Shown here: piece after piece, positions 1 through 11,965 of the stretch
Position numbering within the stretch: the first letter of the stretch is position 1
Layout: every line of letters starts with the position of its first letter
Assembly: GCA_963729605.1 (NCBI GenBank)
Contig: CAVSNY010000004.1
Coordinates: forward strand, 160,001 to 224,000
Reading direction: 5' to 3'
DNA from: an uncultured Gammaproteobacteria bacterium
GTDB lineage: Bacteria; Pseudomonadota; Gammaproteobacteria; DRLM01
DNA: 64,000 bases
Notes under the pieces: model-generated
What the model was told of the DNA's origin: nothing
Databases searched by the model: none
Seen by the model: the letters and a program-made list of their open reading frames with translations, nothing else
Program-made: the position numbers and the translations under genes

Positions 1-3000
1 GCTTAGAAACCGAAGTACCGTTTGACGTGCTGATCGAGTCTGTTCACTGCCGCGCAGGCAGCTTAGAAATAGTGCGGTCTGGGATGCAGTCGCGCGCGTG
101 TGTTCACTGCCGCGCAGGCAGCTTAGAAATCTGGATAAAGGCGCAAAATAATTAGTTTGAGGTTCACTGCCGCGCAGGCAGCTTAGAAAATGTTGCTCCC
201 TGGTTTTCAAATACATCGACCGTTCACTGCCGCGCAGGCAGCTTAGAAATACCGCAGCGCCAGATAAAGAGCCTTCCAACGGTTCACTGCCGCGCAGGCA
301 GCTTAGAAAGCTTGGCAGTTCGAGCCTGTTTTAAATTGTGTGTTCACTGCCGCGCAGGCAGCTTAGAAAACCAACGTGTACAAGTTCGATACCGACCTCG
401 GCGTTCACTGCCGCGCAGGCAGCTTAGAAAAACGTGAAAACCTTCACGGACGCGATCACCGGGTTCACTGCCGCGCAGGCAGCTTAGAAAGCGACGAAGT
501 AAACGCAAAGCCCACCGCTATTGTTCACTGCCGCGCAGGCAGCTTAGAAAAGGCACGTTGCTTGATAACCTAAATTGGTAATGTTCACTGCCGCGCAGGC
601 AGCTTAGAAAAAGCGTAAACGGCACAATAAACCAAATTCGATGTTCACTGCCGCGCAGGCAGCTTAGAAAGATTCGCCCGCTTCGTCCACGAAAATGGCG
701 CAGTTCACTGCCGCGCAGGCAGCTTAGAAAAGAAAGCGCCGCCCATGTTTTCATTGCGGTCCGTTCACTGCCGCGCAGGCAGCTTAGAAACGGACGATAA
801 AAGCGGCGGCGCGCTCATTGTCGTTCACTGCCGCGCAGGCAGCTTAGAAATTCATGGAGTCGGCCTATAACGGCGGCGCGGGGTTCACTGCCGCGCAGGC
901 AGCTTAGAAAATTTCACAAATGCCGAAAGAAACGCGCGATTAGTTCACTGCCGCGCAGGCAGCTTAGAAAAGTTACCAAACGGGCCAGTAATGCCGAAAC
1001 TTGTTCACTGCCGCGCAGGCAGCTTAGAAATATCACTCGGCCCGCAATAAAGATGGTTTCGGGTTCACTGCCGCGCAGGCAGCTTAGAAATGCTGGGCTC
1101 TTTCTACTCTGATCCGGCCAATGTTCACTGCCGCGCAGGCAGCTTAGAAATTGCTCTTTATGATGAGGCTCAGCGCATTTTTGTTCACTGCCGCGCAGGC
1201 AGCTTAGAAAATCACGGCCAGCTTGGGCGCATGCGATAAAAAGTTCACTGCCGCGCAGGCAGCTTAGAAAACCAAGACCGGAATCCCATTCCTCAAGCTC
1301 AAGTTCACTGCCGCGCAGGCAGCTTAGAAATACTCGGCGTCGTATTTATGTCCGCAGAACGGGTTCACTGCCGCGCAGGCAGCTTAGAAAATGTGGAATT
1401 GGACATTGCGGGCGCCGGTCCTGTTCACTGCCGCGCAGGCAGCTTAGAAATATGCGCGACGCGGTGGCCTTCTGGCTTGACCGTTCACTGCCGCGCAGGC
1501 AGCTTAGAAAGACATGCTCGTGCTCGAGGCCCTAGATTTGTCGTTCACTGCCGCGCAGGCAGCTTAGAAAAACTGCAATGGGGGACGCAATCATGATCGA
1601 AAGTTCACTGCCGCGCAGGCAGCTTAGAAATCGGCCATCAGCTGTTCGCGAGTGGTGTGCAAGTTCACTGCCGCGCAGGCAGCTTAGAAAAAAGTTGTAG
1701 ATAAAGACAAATCCATCGCTTAGTTCACTGCCGCGCAGGCAGCTTAGAAATCAGGCCGGCGGCGGTACACCCGCCGCGTCGTGTTCACTGCCGCGCAGGC
1801 AGCTTAGAAACCATGTCGTGCTGCACTTGATTTGATACGTGCGTTCACTGCCGCGCAGGCAGCTTAGAAATGTCCAGGTTGTCAATCTCGATGTTATTGC
1901 CTGTTCACTGCCGCGCAGGCAGCTTAGAAAAGGCGCGACGACCGCCGGGAGAGACTGAGACGGTTCACTGCCGCGCAGGCAGCTTAGAAATTCAAAAAAT
2001 CCTGGAAGAGGATGGAATCATTGTTCACTGCCGCGCAGGCAGCTTAGAAAGGTGGGCGCCAGCGGCGCCGGAAAACCTCTTAGTTCACTGCCGCGCAGGC
2101 AGCTTAGAAATGCACATCCCAGGCGCTCACGTCTGGCAATACGTTCACTGCCGCGCAGGCAGCTTAGAAAAAGGTAGCGGTGGATTTCGACCCGGATAAA
2201 GACGTTCACTGCCGCGCAGGCAGCTTAGAAAAAAGAATGCGAGCAGGTTGGATTCAACGAAAAGTTCACTGCCGCGCAGGCAGCTTAGAAAAAAGAATGC
2301 GAGCAGGTTGGATTCAACGAAAAGTTCACTGCCGCGCAGGCAGCTTAGAAAGCCGCCCCTTAAACCGCCACTTCATTTTTCGAGTTCACTGCCGCGCAGG
2401 CAGCTTAGAAAATAATGCAGGTCGGCGATACGCAGGGGGCGGCGTTCACTGCCGCGCAGGCAGCTTAGAAAGTGCGGAACACGACGAACGCCGACGCGTT
2501 GCCGTTCACTGCCGCGCAGGCAGCTTAGAAAATGATCGAAACGAAAGCGGACGATGTGCCGGAGTTCACTGCCGCGCAGGCAGCTTAGAAAGAACAGCAA
2601 TAAAGCTCCGTCAGGCGCGGGAGGTTCACTGCCGCGCAGGCAGCTTAGAAAGTGCGCGCCCGGGTGGCGGAGGAGATCGAGCAGTTCACTGCCGCGCAGG
2701 CAGCTTAGAAAGAACGCGGCGAGCATGATCACAAATAAAATGCGTTCACTGCCGCGCAGGCAGCTTAGAAACTCGGTCTTGCCACTCCCGGCGCGGCCCA
2801 CCAGTTCACTGCCGCGCAGGCAGCTTAGAAATCCGACACGTCCAGCTTGTGCCGCACCCAATCGTTCACTGCCGCGCAGGCAGCTTAGAAATCTGTCCGC
2901 TTTTTGCTGATTTTTTCCGGTGGGTTCACTGCCGCGCAGGCAGCTTAGAAAGGAACCCGTACAACGTGACGCCGCGACGATGCGTTCACTGCCGCGCAGG

Positions 3001-6000
3001 CAGCTTAGAAAGCACACCGCGCAAATCTCCCTCATCTAGCGGCGTTCACTGCCGCGCAGGCAGCTTAGAAAGATAAAATAATTGGCGAAATTGATCCGCC
3101 CAGGTTCACTGCCGCGCAGGCAGCTTAGAAAGGCGGCGCCAGTGCCGGAAGTCGTAACGAAAGGTTCACTGCCGCGCAGGCAGCTTAGAAAATGCGCCCA
3201 GGTGCAGCGGGACGGGCATGAACTGTTCACTGCCGCGCAGGCAGCTTAGAAATGAGCCGTCAAAATCAAATCCAATCCCTTGACGTTCACTGCCGCGCAG
3301 GCAGCTTAGAAAATGCGCAAAAACTTCGGTTTGCCGAACACCGGGTTCACTGCCGCGCAGGCAGCTTAGAAAAACCCGAAAAGACCTTGACTCGATTCCA
3401 AGCTGTTCACTGCCGCGCAGGCAGCTTAGAAAGCAAATTAACGGCATTATTTGACTTTGCCTGAGTTCACTGCCGCGCAGGCAGCTTAGAAAGCCATATC
3501 GGCCAAAATTTCCGCCGCCTCTTCGTTCACTGCCGCGCAGGCAGCTTAGAAAAGTTGGCCGCCGAGGCCGAAACATTGGCGCCAGTTCACTGCCGCGCAG
3601 GCAGCTTAGAAAGCTCGAACTTTGATGATGCAATGGCCTTGAAGGTTCACTGCCGCGCAGGCAGCTTAGAAATTCCGACTACGCACTAGCCAAGCTGCTC
3701 AAGAGTTCACTGCCGCGCAGGCAGCTTAGAAATCGCAACGCTGGCGTCTGCCAACGGCTCGGCGATTCACTGCCGCGCAGGCAGCTTAGAAATTTGCAAT
3801 TCTGAGCGCCTCGCCTTGCGCTTGGTTCACTGCCGCGCAGGCAGCTTAGAAAATTTGCGTACCGCGTGGAGGTAATGAGGAAGATGTTCACTGCCGCGCA
3901 GGCAGCTTAGAAAATACGGGCGAGCAGATACCCGATGATGCCACTGTTCACTGCCGCGCAGGCAGCTTAGAAAGAAAAGGAATGCAAGGGTTTTTTGCAT
4001 TATTTTGTTCACTGCCGCGCAGGCAGCTTAGAAAAACGACAATCCCAGGGACGCCACCGACCGGGAGTTCACTGCCGCGCAGGCAGCTTAGAAAAGAGTC
4101 GAAAGGGAATATCGTTCCGTCATTGGGTTCACTGCCGCGCAGGCAGCTTAGAAAAAGCACTCGCCGTGCACCGTACATGGTGTGTTGTTCACTGCCGCGC
4201 AGGCAGCTTAGAAAATCAGTACGTCCGCATCACAAATGAGATACCCGTTCACTGCCGCGCAGGCAGCTTAGAAAATTGTCAGCGCCGACGCCGGCCTGCA
4301 ACGCCTGTTCACTGCCGCGCAGGCAGCTTAGAAAGTGGTCTTCCAGTTTTTCATCGAGCCGCCCGAGTTCACTGCCGCGCAGGCAGCTTAGAAAGAGCGC
4401 ACGACGCTGCTCGATCACTACGAGGCGTTCACTGCCGCGCAGGCAGCTTAGAAAAGGCAGATTTCCCCGACCCGGACGAACCGCACGTTCACTGCCGCGC
4501 AGGCAGCTTAGAAAACCACCACGGCGTCACACTCCACACCCATGATGTTCACTGCCGCGCAGGCAGCTTAGAAAGAGGATTACTACGTATTCCCCGGTAC
4601 GACACTGTTCACTGCCGCGCAGGCAGCTTAGAAAATCGCGGTCACCGCCGGGAGTTTCGCCGAGGGGTTCACTGCCGCGCAGGCAGCTTAGAAAACGAAG
4701 ATCTGAAGCGATTGCACAAACGGCTGGTTCACTGCCGCGCAGGCAGCTTAGAAAGTCGCGTGCGTTGTGCGCGGCGATCTCGGTGTGTTCACTGCCGCGC
4801 AGGCAGCTTAGAAAGTGGCGCAAGGCAATCCGTATGGCGCGCTGACGTTCACTGCCGCGCAGGCAGCTTAGAAAACGCTGAGCGGCGCACGGGTGTTGTG
4901 GCTCTCGTTCACTGCCGCGCAGGCAGCTTAGAAAACCCGTCGTCAAAAACCTGCACCGACGGCGATGTTCACTGCCGCGCAGGCAGCTTAGAAATCACGC
5001 CGCTGCGCGGTAAGCAAGTGTTGATCGTTCACTGCCGCGCAGGCAGCTTAGAAAAGATAAATCTCGCCCAGGTTGTAATTAATCACGTTCACTGCCGCGC
5101 AGGCAGCTTAGAAAGTCACCGTGCGGCGCTCGCCGAGCGAAACAGGGTTCACTGCCGCGCAGGCAGCTTAGAAAATTCGGCAATTTACACCGTTCCGAAA
5201 TTGACGGTTCACTGCCGCGCAGGCAGCTTAGAAAACACCACCTCGTTGCCCATCTCGCACCCCCAAGTTCACTGCCGCGCAGGCAGCTTAGAAAACATCG
5301 AGCGCAATTACCTCTCACGCGACGAGGTTCACTGCCGCGCAGGCAGCTTAGAAAAGCAGCAACAGCCGGTATGAGCCGAGGCTAGTGTTCACTGCCGCGC
5401 AGGCAGCTTAGAAATGCGGGAGCTGCTTGAATAATGACCGCCCCGCGTTCACTGCCGCGCAGGCAGCTTAGAAAAGTCGGGGACCACGTCGCCCCAGGCG
5501 TGCGTGGTTCACTGCCGCGCAGGCAGCTTAGAAAAATTTCGCCGGCAGATCGTGGGCCGCGGCGATGTTCACTGCCGCGCAGGCAGCTTAGAAACGGCTC
5601 TTTGCCGCGGGCGGCTTTGTATGATTGTTCACTGCCGCGCAGGCAGCTTAGAAACGGAGAACCCGGAGAACCCGCCGAACGCGGCGGTTCACTGCCGCGC
5701 AGGCAGCTTAGAAATCGGCGCGTTGATCCAGCTCGCCAATCTGCCCGTTCACTGCCGCGCAGGCAGCTTAGAAAACTACCGCGCGGCGTTTTTCACATCA
5801 TTCGGCGTTCACTGCCGCGCAGGCAGCTTAGAAACAGCCGATGGGATGCTCTTTTACGCCGGGCATGTTCACTGCCGCGCAGGCAGCTTAGAAAATCGCC
5901 CGGGTGAACTATGATCGACGGGCACAGTTCACTGCCGCGCAGGCAGCTTAGAAAAACGTGCAGCAAATTAATACGGGTGTATTCGCGTTCACTGCCGCGC

Positions 6001-9000
6001 AGGCAGCTTAGAAATGCATCGCCGTCTCCCAGGTCACACCGCCACCGTTCACTGCCGCGCAGGCAGCTTAGAAAAGCCGAATCGCGCCGGGTGGCCCACA
6101 GCCACAGTTCACTGCCGCGCAGGCAGCTTAGAAATGGTGACCCAGGCGACGGCACGAATCCACATTGTTCACTGCCGCGCAGGCAGCTTAGAAAAAAGTC
6201 GACACGATTTCGGCCGAGATGGACAAGTTCACTGCCGCGCAGGCAGCTTAGAAAATGGCAGGGTTGGAAAGAAGTCGAAAGCGTCAGTTCACTGCCGCGC
6301 AGGCAGCTTAGAAATGTTTGCCGTCGATGCGCCGCGCCGACCACAAGTTCACTGCCGCGCAGGCAGCTTAGAAAAAGCAACCTTCGCTCGCTGTGCGCCT
6401 CCTGCCGTTCACTGCCGCGCAGGCAGCTTAGAAAGCTGTCGCGTAGTAGAGGTTTCCGATCAGCTCGTTCACTGCCGCGCAGGCAGCTTAGAAAAAGCAG
6501 ATCAACAGCGACCAGGTCGTGAAAATGTTCACTGCCGCGCAGGCAGCTTAGAAAACCGGGTGAGCGACGTGGAGACGGAGACCACGGTTCACTGCCGCGC
6601 AGGCAGCTTAGAAATGCCGAGCTGTCCGCCGATCAATACGTGCAATGTTCACTGCCGCGCAGGCAGCTTAGAAAGAAGACAACCAGCCTTCTCGATGCGT
6701 GCAACCGTTCACTGCCGCGCAGGCAGCTTAGAAATCGGTAAAGCCGCTAAACTTTTTGTGCGCGTCGTTCACTGCCGCGCAGGCAGCTTAGAAAAAATCG
6801 TCGGGTGCGGCGTAGCTTGCTTGGTCGTTCACTGCCGCGCAGGCAGCTTAGAAAATCCACCCGCCCCCGATCTATGGTCTGCATGCGTTCACTGCCGCGC
6901 AGGCAGCTTAGAAAGCCGCACCCTCCGCCCCGCTCACGCTCGATGAGTTCACTGCCGCGCAGGCAGCTTAGAAAGCACGTCATTTTGCAGGTCGGCGACG
7001 CCCGACGTTCACTGCCGCGCAGGCAGCTTAGAAAGGCGACCATGAAGGCGCGGTCGTGCTGGGCCTGTTCACTGCCGCGCAGGCAGCTTAGAAACGGGCG
7101 TTGAGCATTGGCGGCGTGAGTTATGAGTTCACTGCCGCGCAGGCAGCTTAGAAAAAGCCGCCGCCCCCGTGCTCGCCGGCTGGCTCGTTCACTGCCGCGC
7201 AGGCAGCTTAGAAACGGACGCGCTCAAATCGGCGATCGATGCTGAGGTTCACTGCCGCGCAGGCAGCTTAGAAATGGATAAGCTCACTACCGGGTTTCAG
7301 CCCGGCGTTCACTGCCGCGCAGGCAGCTTAGAAAAGTACCCCTTCAAATCGTTTTTCACGATGGTCGTTCACTGCCGCGCAGGCAGCTTAGAAATTTGCC
7401 GATGTGTTGTTTGATGTGATGCAGGGGTTCACTGCCGCGCAGGCAGCTTAGAAAAATACGACACCGCCGCGGTGATAAAGTGGCGGGTTCACTGCCGCGC
7501 AGGCAGCTTAGAAAAAAATGAGCAAACTCGGGCTCAACAAAAAATAGTTCACTGCCGCGCAGGCAGCTTAGAAAAGCGACACCAGACGCGCCAGGCCGCC
7601 GACGTTGTTCACTGCCGCGCAGGCAGCTTAGAAAATCCACCCGCCCCCGATCTATGGTCTGCATGCGTTCACTGCCGCGCAGGCAGCTTAGAAAGCCGCA
7701 CCCTCCGCCCCGCTCACGCTCGATGAGTTCACTGCCGCGCAGGCAGCTTAGAAAGCACGTCATTTTGCAGGTCGGCGACGCCCGACGTTCACTGCCGCGC
7801 AGGCAGCTTAGAAAGGCGACCATGAAGGCGCGGTCGTGCTGGGCCTGTTCACTGCCGCGCAGGCAGCTTAGAAACAACGAGGTGTCGGGTATCGAGATCG
7901 CGTTCCGTTCACTGCCGCGCAGGCAGCTTAGAAAGTTAGGCCGAGAAACGGTGAAGCCGGATGTACGTTCACTGCCGCGCAGGCAGCTTAGAAATGGCGG
8001 TGGCGCTGATGTACGCCACGCGTCAAGTTCACTGCCGCGCAGGCAGCTTAGAAAGCAATGGCTGGGTATCGACGAAATCCACATCAGTTCACTGCCGCGC
8101 AGGCAGCTTAGAAAGACACCAGCGCACCGCCGGCGCCGATGCGCACGTTCACTGCCGCGCAGGCAGCTTAGAAAGGGACCGCGATGAAAACATGGGCGGC
8201 ACTTTCGTTCACTGCCGCGCAGGCAGCTTAGAAAAGGACGTCGTAATAGCCGAGTCACTTGATGACGTTCACTGCCGCGCAGGCAGCTTAGAAATATGTG
8301 CGTGAAGAAACTTCCAATGCCATTCGGTTCACTGCCGCGCAGGCAGCTTAGAAATCAGTGTCATTCATCAGAGTTCTCCTCTTCGTGTTCACTGCCGCGC
8401 AGGCAGCTTAGAAAATAAAGGAGTCGAAGATGGCCAGAGTGAAGAAGTTCACTGCCGCGCAGGCAGCTTAGAAAATCGGCGACAGCGTGATCGGCGTGGT
8501 GGGCTCGTTCACTGCCGCGCAGGCAGCTTAGAAATCAGAAATTGGATGGTAGTCGGCGACGGGCAAGTTCACTGCCGCGCAGGCAGCTTAGAAAGTAAAT
8601 ATCCATGTCGCCAGTCGCGGCGACATGTTCACTGCCGCGCAGGCAGCTTAGAAATGCAGCGGGCTGGTGCCGCCGGTGATGTAACCGTTCACTGCCGCGC
8701 AGGCAGCTTAGAAAGTGATGCTAGCGGCCGTCGCCGCGTTAAAATAGTTCACTGCCGCGCAGGCAGCTTAGAAAGAATACAACGGCGAGTTTCGGATTTA
8801 CGACGTGTTCACTGCCGCGCAGGCAGCTTAGAAACTCATGGCCAGCACCAAGCGGCGTTTCGCCACGTTCACTGCCGCGCAGGCAGCTTAGAAATCGACG
8901 ATGCGGAGGAGTGCCGCGGTAATCGCGTTCACTGCCGCGCAGGCAGCTTAGAAAGTTTCGGTTTATCTACCCGAACAACAGGAGCCGTTCACTGCCGCGC

Positions 9001-11590
9001 AGGCAGCTTAGAAAGGTACGAAAAGGGCGACGTTCGCACCGTCTCGGTTCACTGCCGCGCAGGCAGCTTAGAAAGTTGTAATCATCCGTCCCTATCCCGC
9101 ACTTCAGTTCACTGCCGCGCAGGCAGCTTAGAAATACCAGAAAAGGCGCTGGACTACTTGCGGAAGGTTCACTGCCGCGCAGGCAGCTTAGAAACATTCC
9201 ACCGGGAAGTGCGTAGATGTATTTACGTTCACTGCCGCGCAGGCAGCTTAGAAATTGTTGATCGATACAGGATCGATAAGTCGGTCGTTCACTGCCGCGC
9301 AGGCAGCTTAGAAAAGTCTATGGCTCGCGCAGGCAACGACGATGACGTTCACTGCCGCGCAGGCAGCTTAGAAAGAAAATACCAAGGCCGATAAATCCGC
9401 CCGATGGTTCACTGCCGCGCAGGCAGCTTAGAAAAAGGTCAACAGCGTCGATCTCATCATCGAGCCGTTCACTGCCGCGCAGGCAGCTTAGAAAATCGCT
9501 CTCCGCCTTTTCGTTATCGATATCCATGTTCACTGCCGCGCAGGCAGCTTAGAAAAGGCCAGCCCAGCGCGTGCGGCTCGGCGATCTGTTCACTGCCGCG
9601 CAGGCAGCTTAGAAATTCAACACCCGCTCATATCCGGATATCAACTCGTTCACTGCCGCGCAGGCAGCTTAGAAACACTGCGCGGCGGGGGCGGGTTTGT
9701 CGATGGAGTTCACTGCCGCGCAGGCAGCTTAGAAAGAGGAAGCGGCGCCCGGCCTCGATGGCGGCGAGTTCACTGCCGCGCAGGCAGCTTAGAAAACGTC
9801 ACCAGCATGCGCGAGACGATGGTTCCGGTTCACTGCCGCGCAGGCAGCTTAGAAAATTCTCGGCGTGCCGCCCGGCTGGGAGTGCGTGTTCACTGCCGCG
9901 CAGGCAGCTTAGAAACAGGACAACGGCCGGATCAATTTCGAGCAATTGTTCACTGCCGCGCAGGCAGCTTAGAAAACGCCGGAAGGCGCGGCGCGGAAAC
10001 GCCTTTAGTTCACTGCCGCGCAGGCAGCTTAGAAATGGTGCGCGCGGCCATCGGCGCTGCGATGTATGTTCACTGCCGCGCAGGCAGCTTAGAAAGCGCT
10101 GGCGCCTGCGTCGAGCGTGATACTGTCGTTCACTGCCGCGCAGGCAGCTTAGAAAAGAGCCAGCCGACACCGCTATTCCAATCAGCCGTTCACTGCCGCG
10201 CAGGCAGCTTAGAAAAACCAGTCGGCGGACGGACGTGGATCGATGGGGTTCACTGCCGCGCAGGCAGCTTAGAAATCAGGGTCGAATGCCCAAAACTCTA
10301 AGGTATTGTTCACTGCCGCGCAGGCAGCTTAGAAAACCGCCGCCAGCCTCAAGCGCAGCAATGCGAGGTTCACTGCCGCGCAGGCAGCTTAGAAACATCA
10401 CTTGCGAAAGCTTTGTAATTGTCACGTGTTCACTGCCGCTCAGGCAGCTTAGAAAAAAGCGGTTTAGACGCGGCCAGCAATATCGGCGTTCACTGCCGCG
10501 CAGGCAGCTTAGAAATTTGCGTCCGTAGCAATGGCAAGAAGCGCCGGGTTCACTGCCGCGCAGGCAGCTTAGAAAATTATCGGTCGGGTTCGGGTAGGTG
10601 GGAGATGGTTCACTGCCGCGCAGGCAGCTTAGAAATCACCGACGCCAGCGAGGAGCGCGAATTGAAGGTTCACTGCCGCGCAGGCAGCTTAGAAACATAA
10701 AGACCTTAACCGAGGTACCCAGTCCACGTTCACTGCCGCGCAGGCAGCTTAGAAAATGGGCTGATCGGGAAGCGCGGCATCACAATCGTTCACTGCCGCG
10801 CAGGCAGCTTAGAAAATCGGGCAGAACGCCGTACGAGTGGTGAACGAGTTCACTGCCGCGCAGGCAGCTTAGAAAAGACCGCGCCGTAAGAGGTCTCCGG
10901 GGCTACGGTTCACTGCCGCGCAGGCAGCTTAGAAAACAGCAGGCATTGTGATCAACGATTGGAAGTTGTTCACTGCCGCGCAGGCAGCTTAGAAAGGGAT
11001 CGACCGGCTTTGATTTTTCGCCCGGAGTGTTCACTGCCGCGCAGGCAGCTTAGAAAGCCATCACACCCACTACGATCAGCGCGATTTTGTTCACTGCCGC
11101 GCAGGCAGCTTAGAAAAACACGACGAATTGCCGGCAGTCAACGAAATCGTTCACTGCCGCGCAGGCAGCTTAGAAATATTTCGCGGAACGGGCCTCAAGC
11201 TGGCACAGGTTCACTGCCGCGCAGGCAGCTTAGAAACTTGAGGCGTTTACCGATGGTGGAACCGCTGTGTTCACTGCCGCGCAGGCAGCTTAGAAAATCG
11301 CCGCCGCCGCCGCGATGTCATCGAGCATGTTCACTGCCGCGCAGGCAGCTTAGAAAGGATGGGGCGGGCTGCGTGGGATCAATTTGCCGTTCACTGCCGC
11401 GCAGGCAGCTTAGAAAGCGCCGGTTCGCCCCGATCCACCGCAACGCGCGTTCACTGCCGCGCAGGCAGCTTAGAAAACATGCCCGGGACCGTGATCCCCT
11501 GGGTTCACTGCCGCGCAGGCAGCTTAGAAACCCCCCGTGGGCTTTACATCGCGCCCCGAACGGTTCACTGCCGCGCAGGCAGCTTAGAAA
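1..11590 (+). CRISPR. Type I-F CRISPR array, 193 complete repeats plus 1 partial repeat and 193 spacers in the window; continues beyond the left edge
   Basis: 28-bp repeat GTTCACTGCCGCGCAGGCAGCTTAGAAA with the Cas6f/Csy4-type CTGCC-GCGCA-GGCAG hairpin, at ~60-bp period. Spacers are mostly 32 nt (seven of 33 nt, one of 26 nt). Orientation follows the canonical I-F repeat, so the leader should lie left of the window. Confidence 0.99.
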
Positions 11591-11641
11591 CTGAACCGCC
11601 CCTGGTTTTGAGGAGGCTCCAACATTTGAGAGAATGGAGCC

Positions 11642-11965
11642 ATGAAAAAGTCGAACAAGTTTTCACCTGAAGTCCGTGAACGTGCGGTTCGAATGGTGCA
11701 GGAGCATCGCGGGGAATACCCGTCGTTGTGGATGGCCGTGGAGTCGATCGCCCCGAAGATTGGCTGTGTGCCCGGGACGCTGCTGGAGTGGGTTAAGCGT
11801 ACGGAGGCCGATGCCGGAGCGCGTCCTGGCACGACCACGTCCGAGACACAGCGCATCAAAGAGCTGGAGCGCGAGAACAAGGAGTTGCGGCGCGCCAATG
11901 AGATACTGCATACCGCCAGCGCTTTTTTCGCACAGGCGGAGCTCGACCGCAAACTGAAGTCGTAA
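11642..11965 (+). CDS. IS3-family transposase OrfA (HTH_Tnp_1)
   Basis: [17 protein letters not shown] start and [16 protein letters not shown] leucine zipper; ends [11 protein letters not shown], typical of IS51-group OrfA. Confidence 0.95.
   Translation: MKKSNKFSPEVRERAVRMVQEHRGEYPSLWMAVESIAPKIGCVPGTLLEWVKRTEADAGARPGTTTSETQRIKELERENKELRRANEILHTASAFFAQAELDRKLKS

Noticed and set aside
2412-7006. Spacers at 2412 and 6975 share TGCAGGTCGGCGA
   Set aside because: The flanks disagree on both sides, so they are not overlapping protospacers.
9315-9346. Spacer containing CGCGCAGGCA, identical to 10 nt of the repeat
   Set aside because: The spacer has normal length and unrelated flanks; most likely coincidence rather than a repeat remnant.
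376-11670. Long repetitive ORFs (VHCRAGSLE / SLPRRQLR / FLSCLRGSE), up to 459 aa
   Set aside because: Artefacts of the 60-bp (20-codon) repeat-spacer period with stop-free repeat frames; not proteins.
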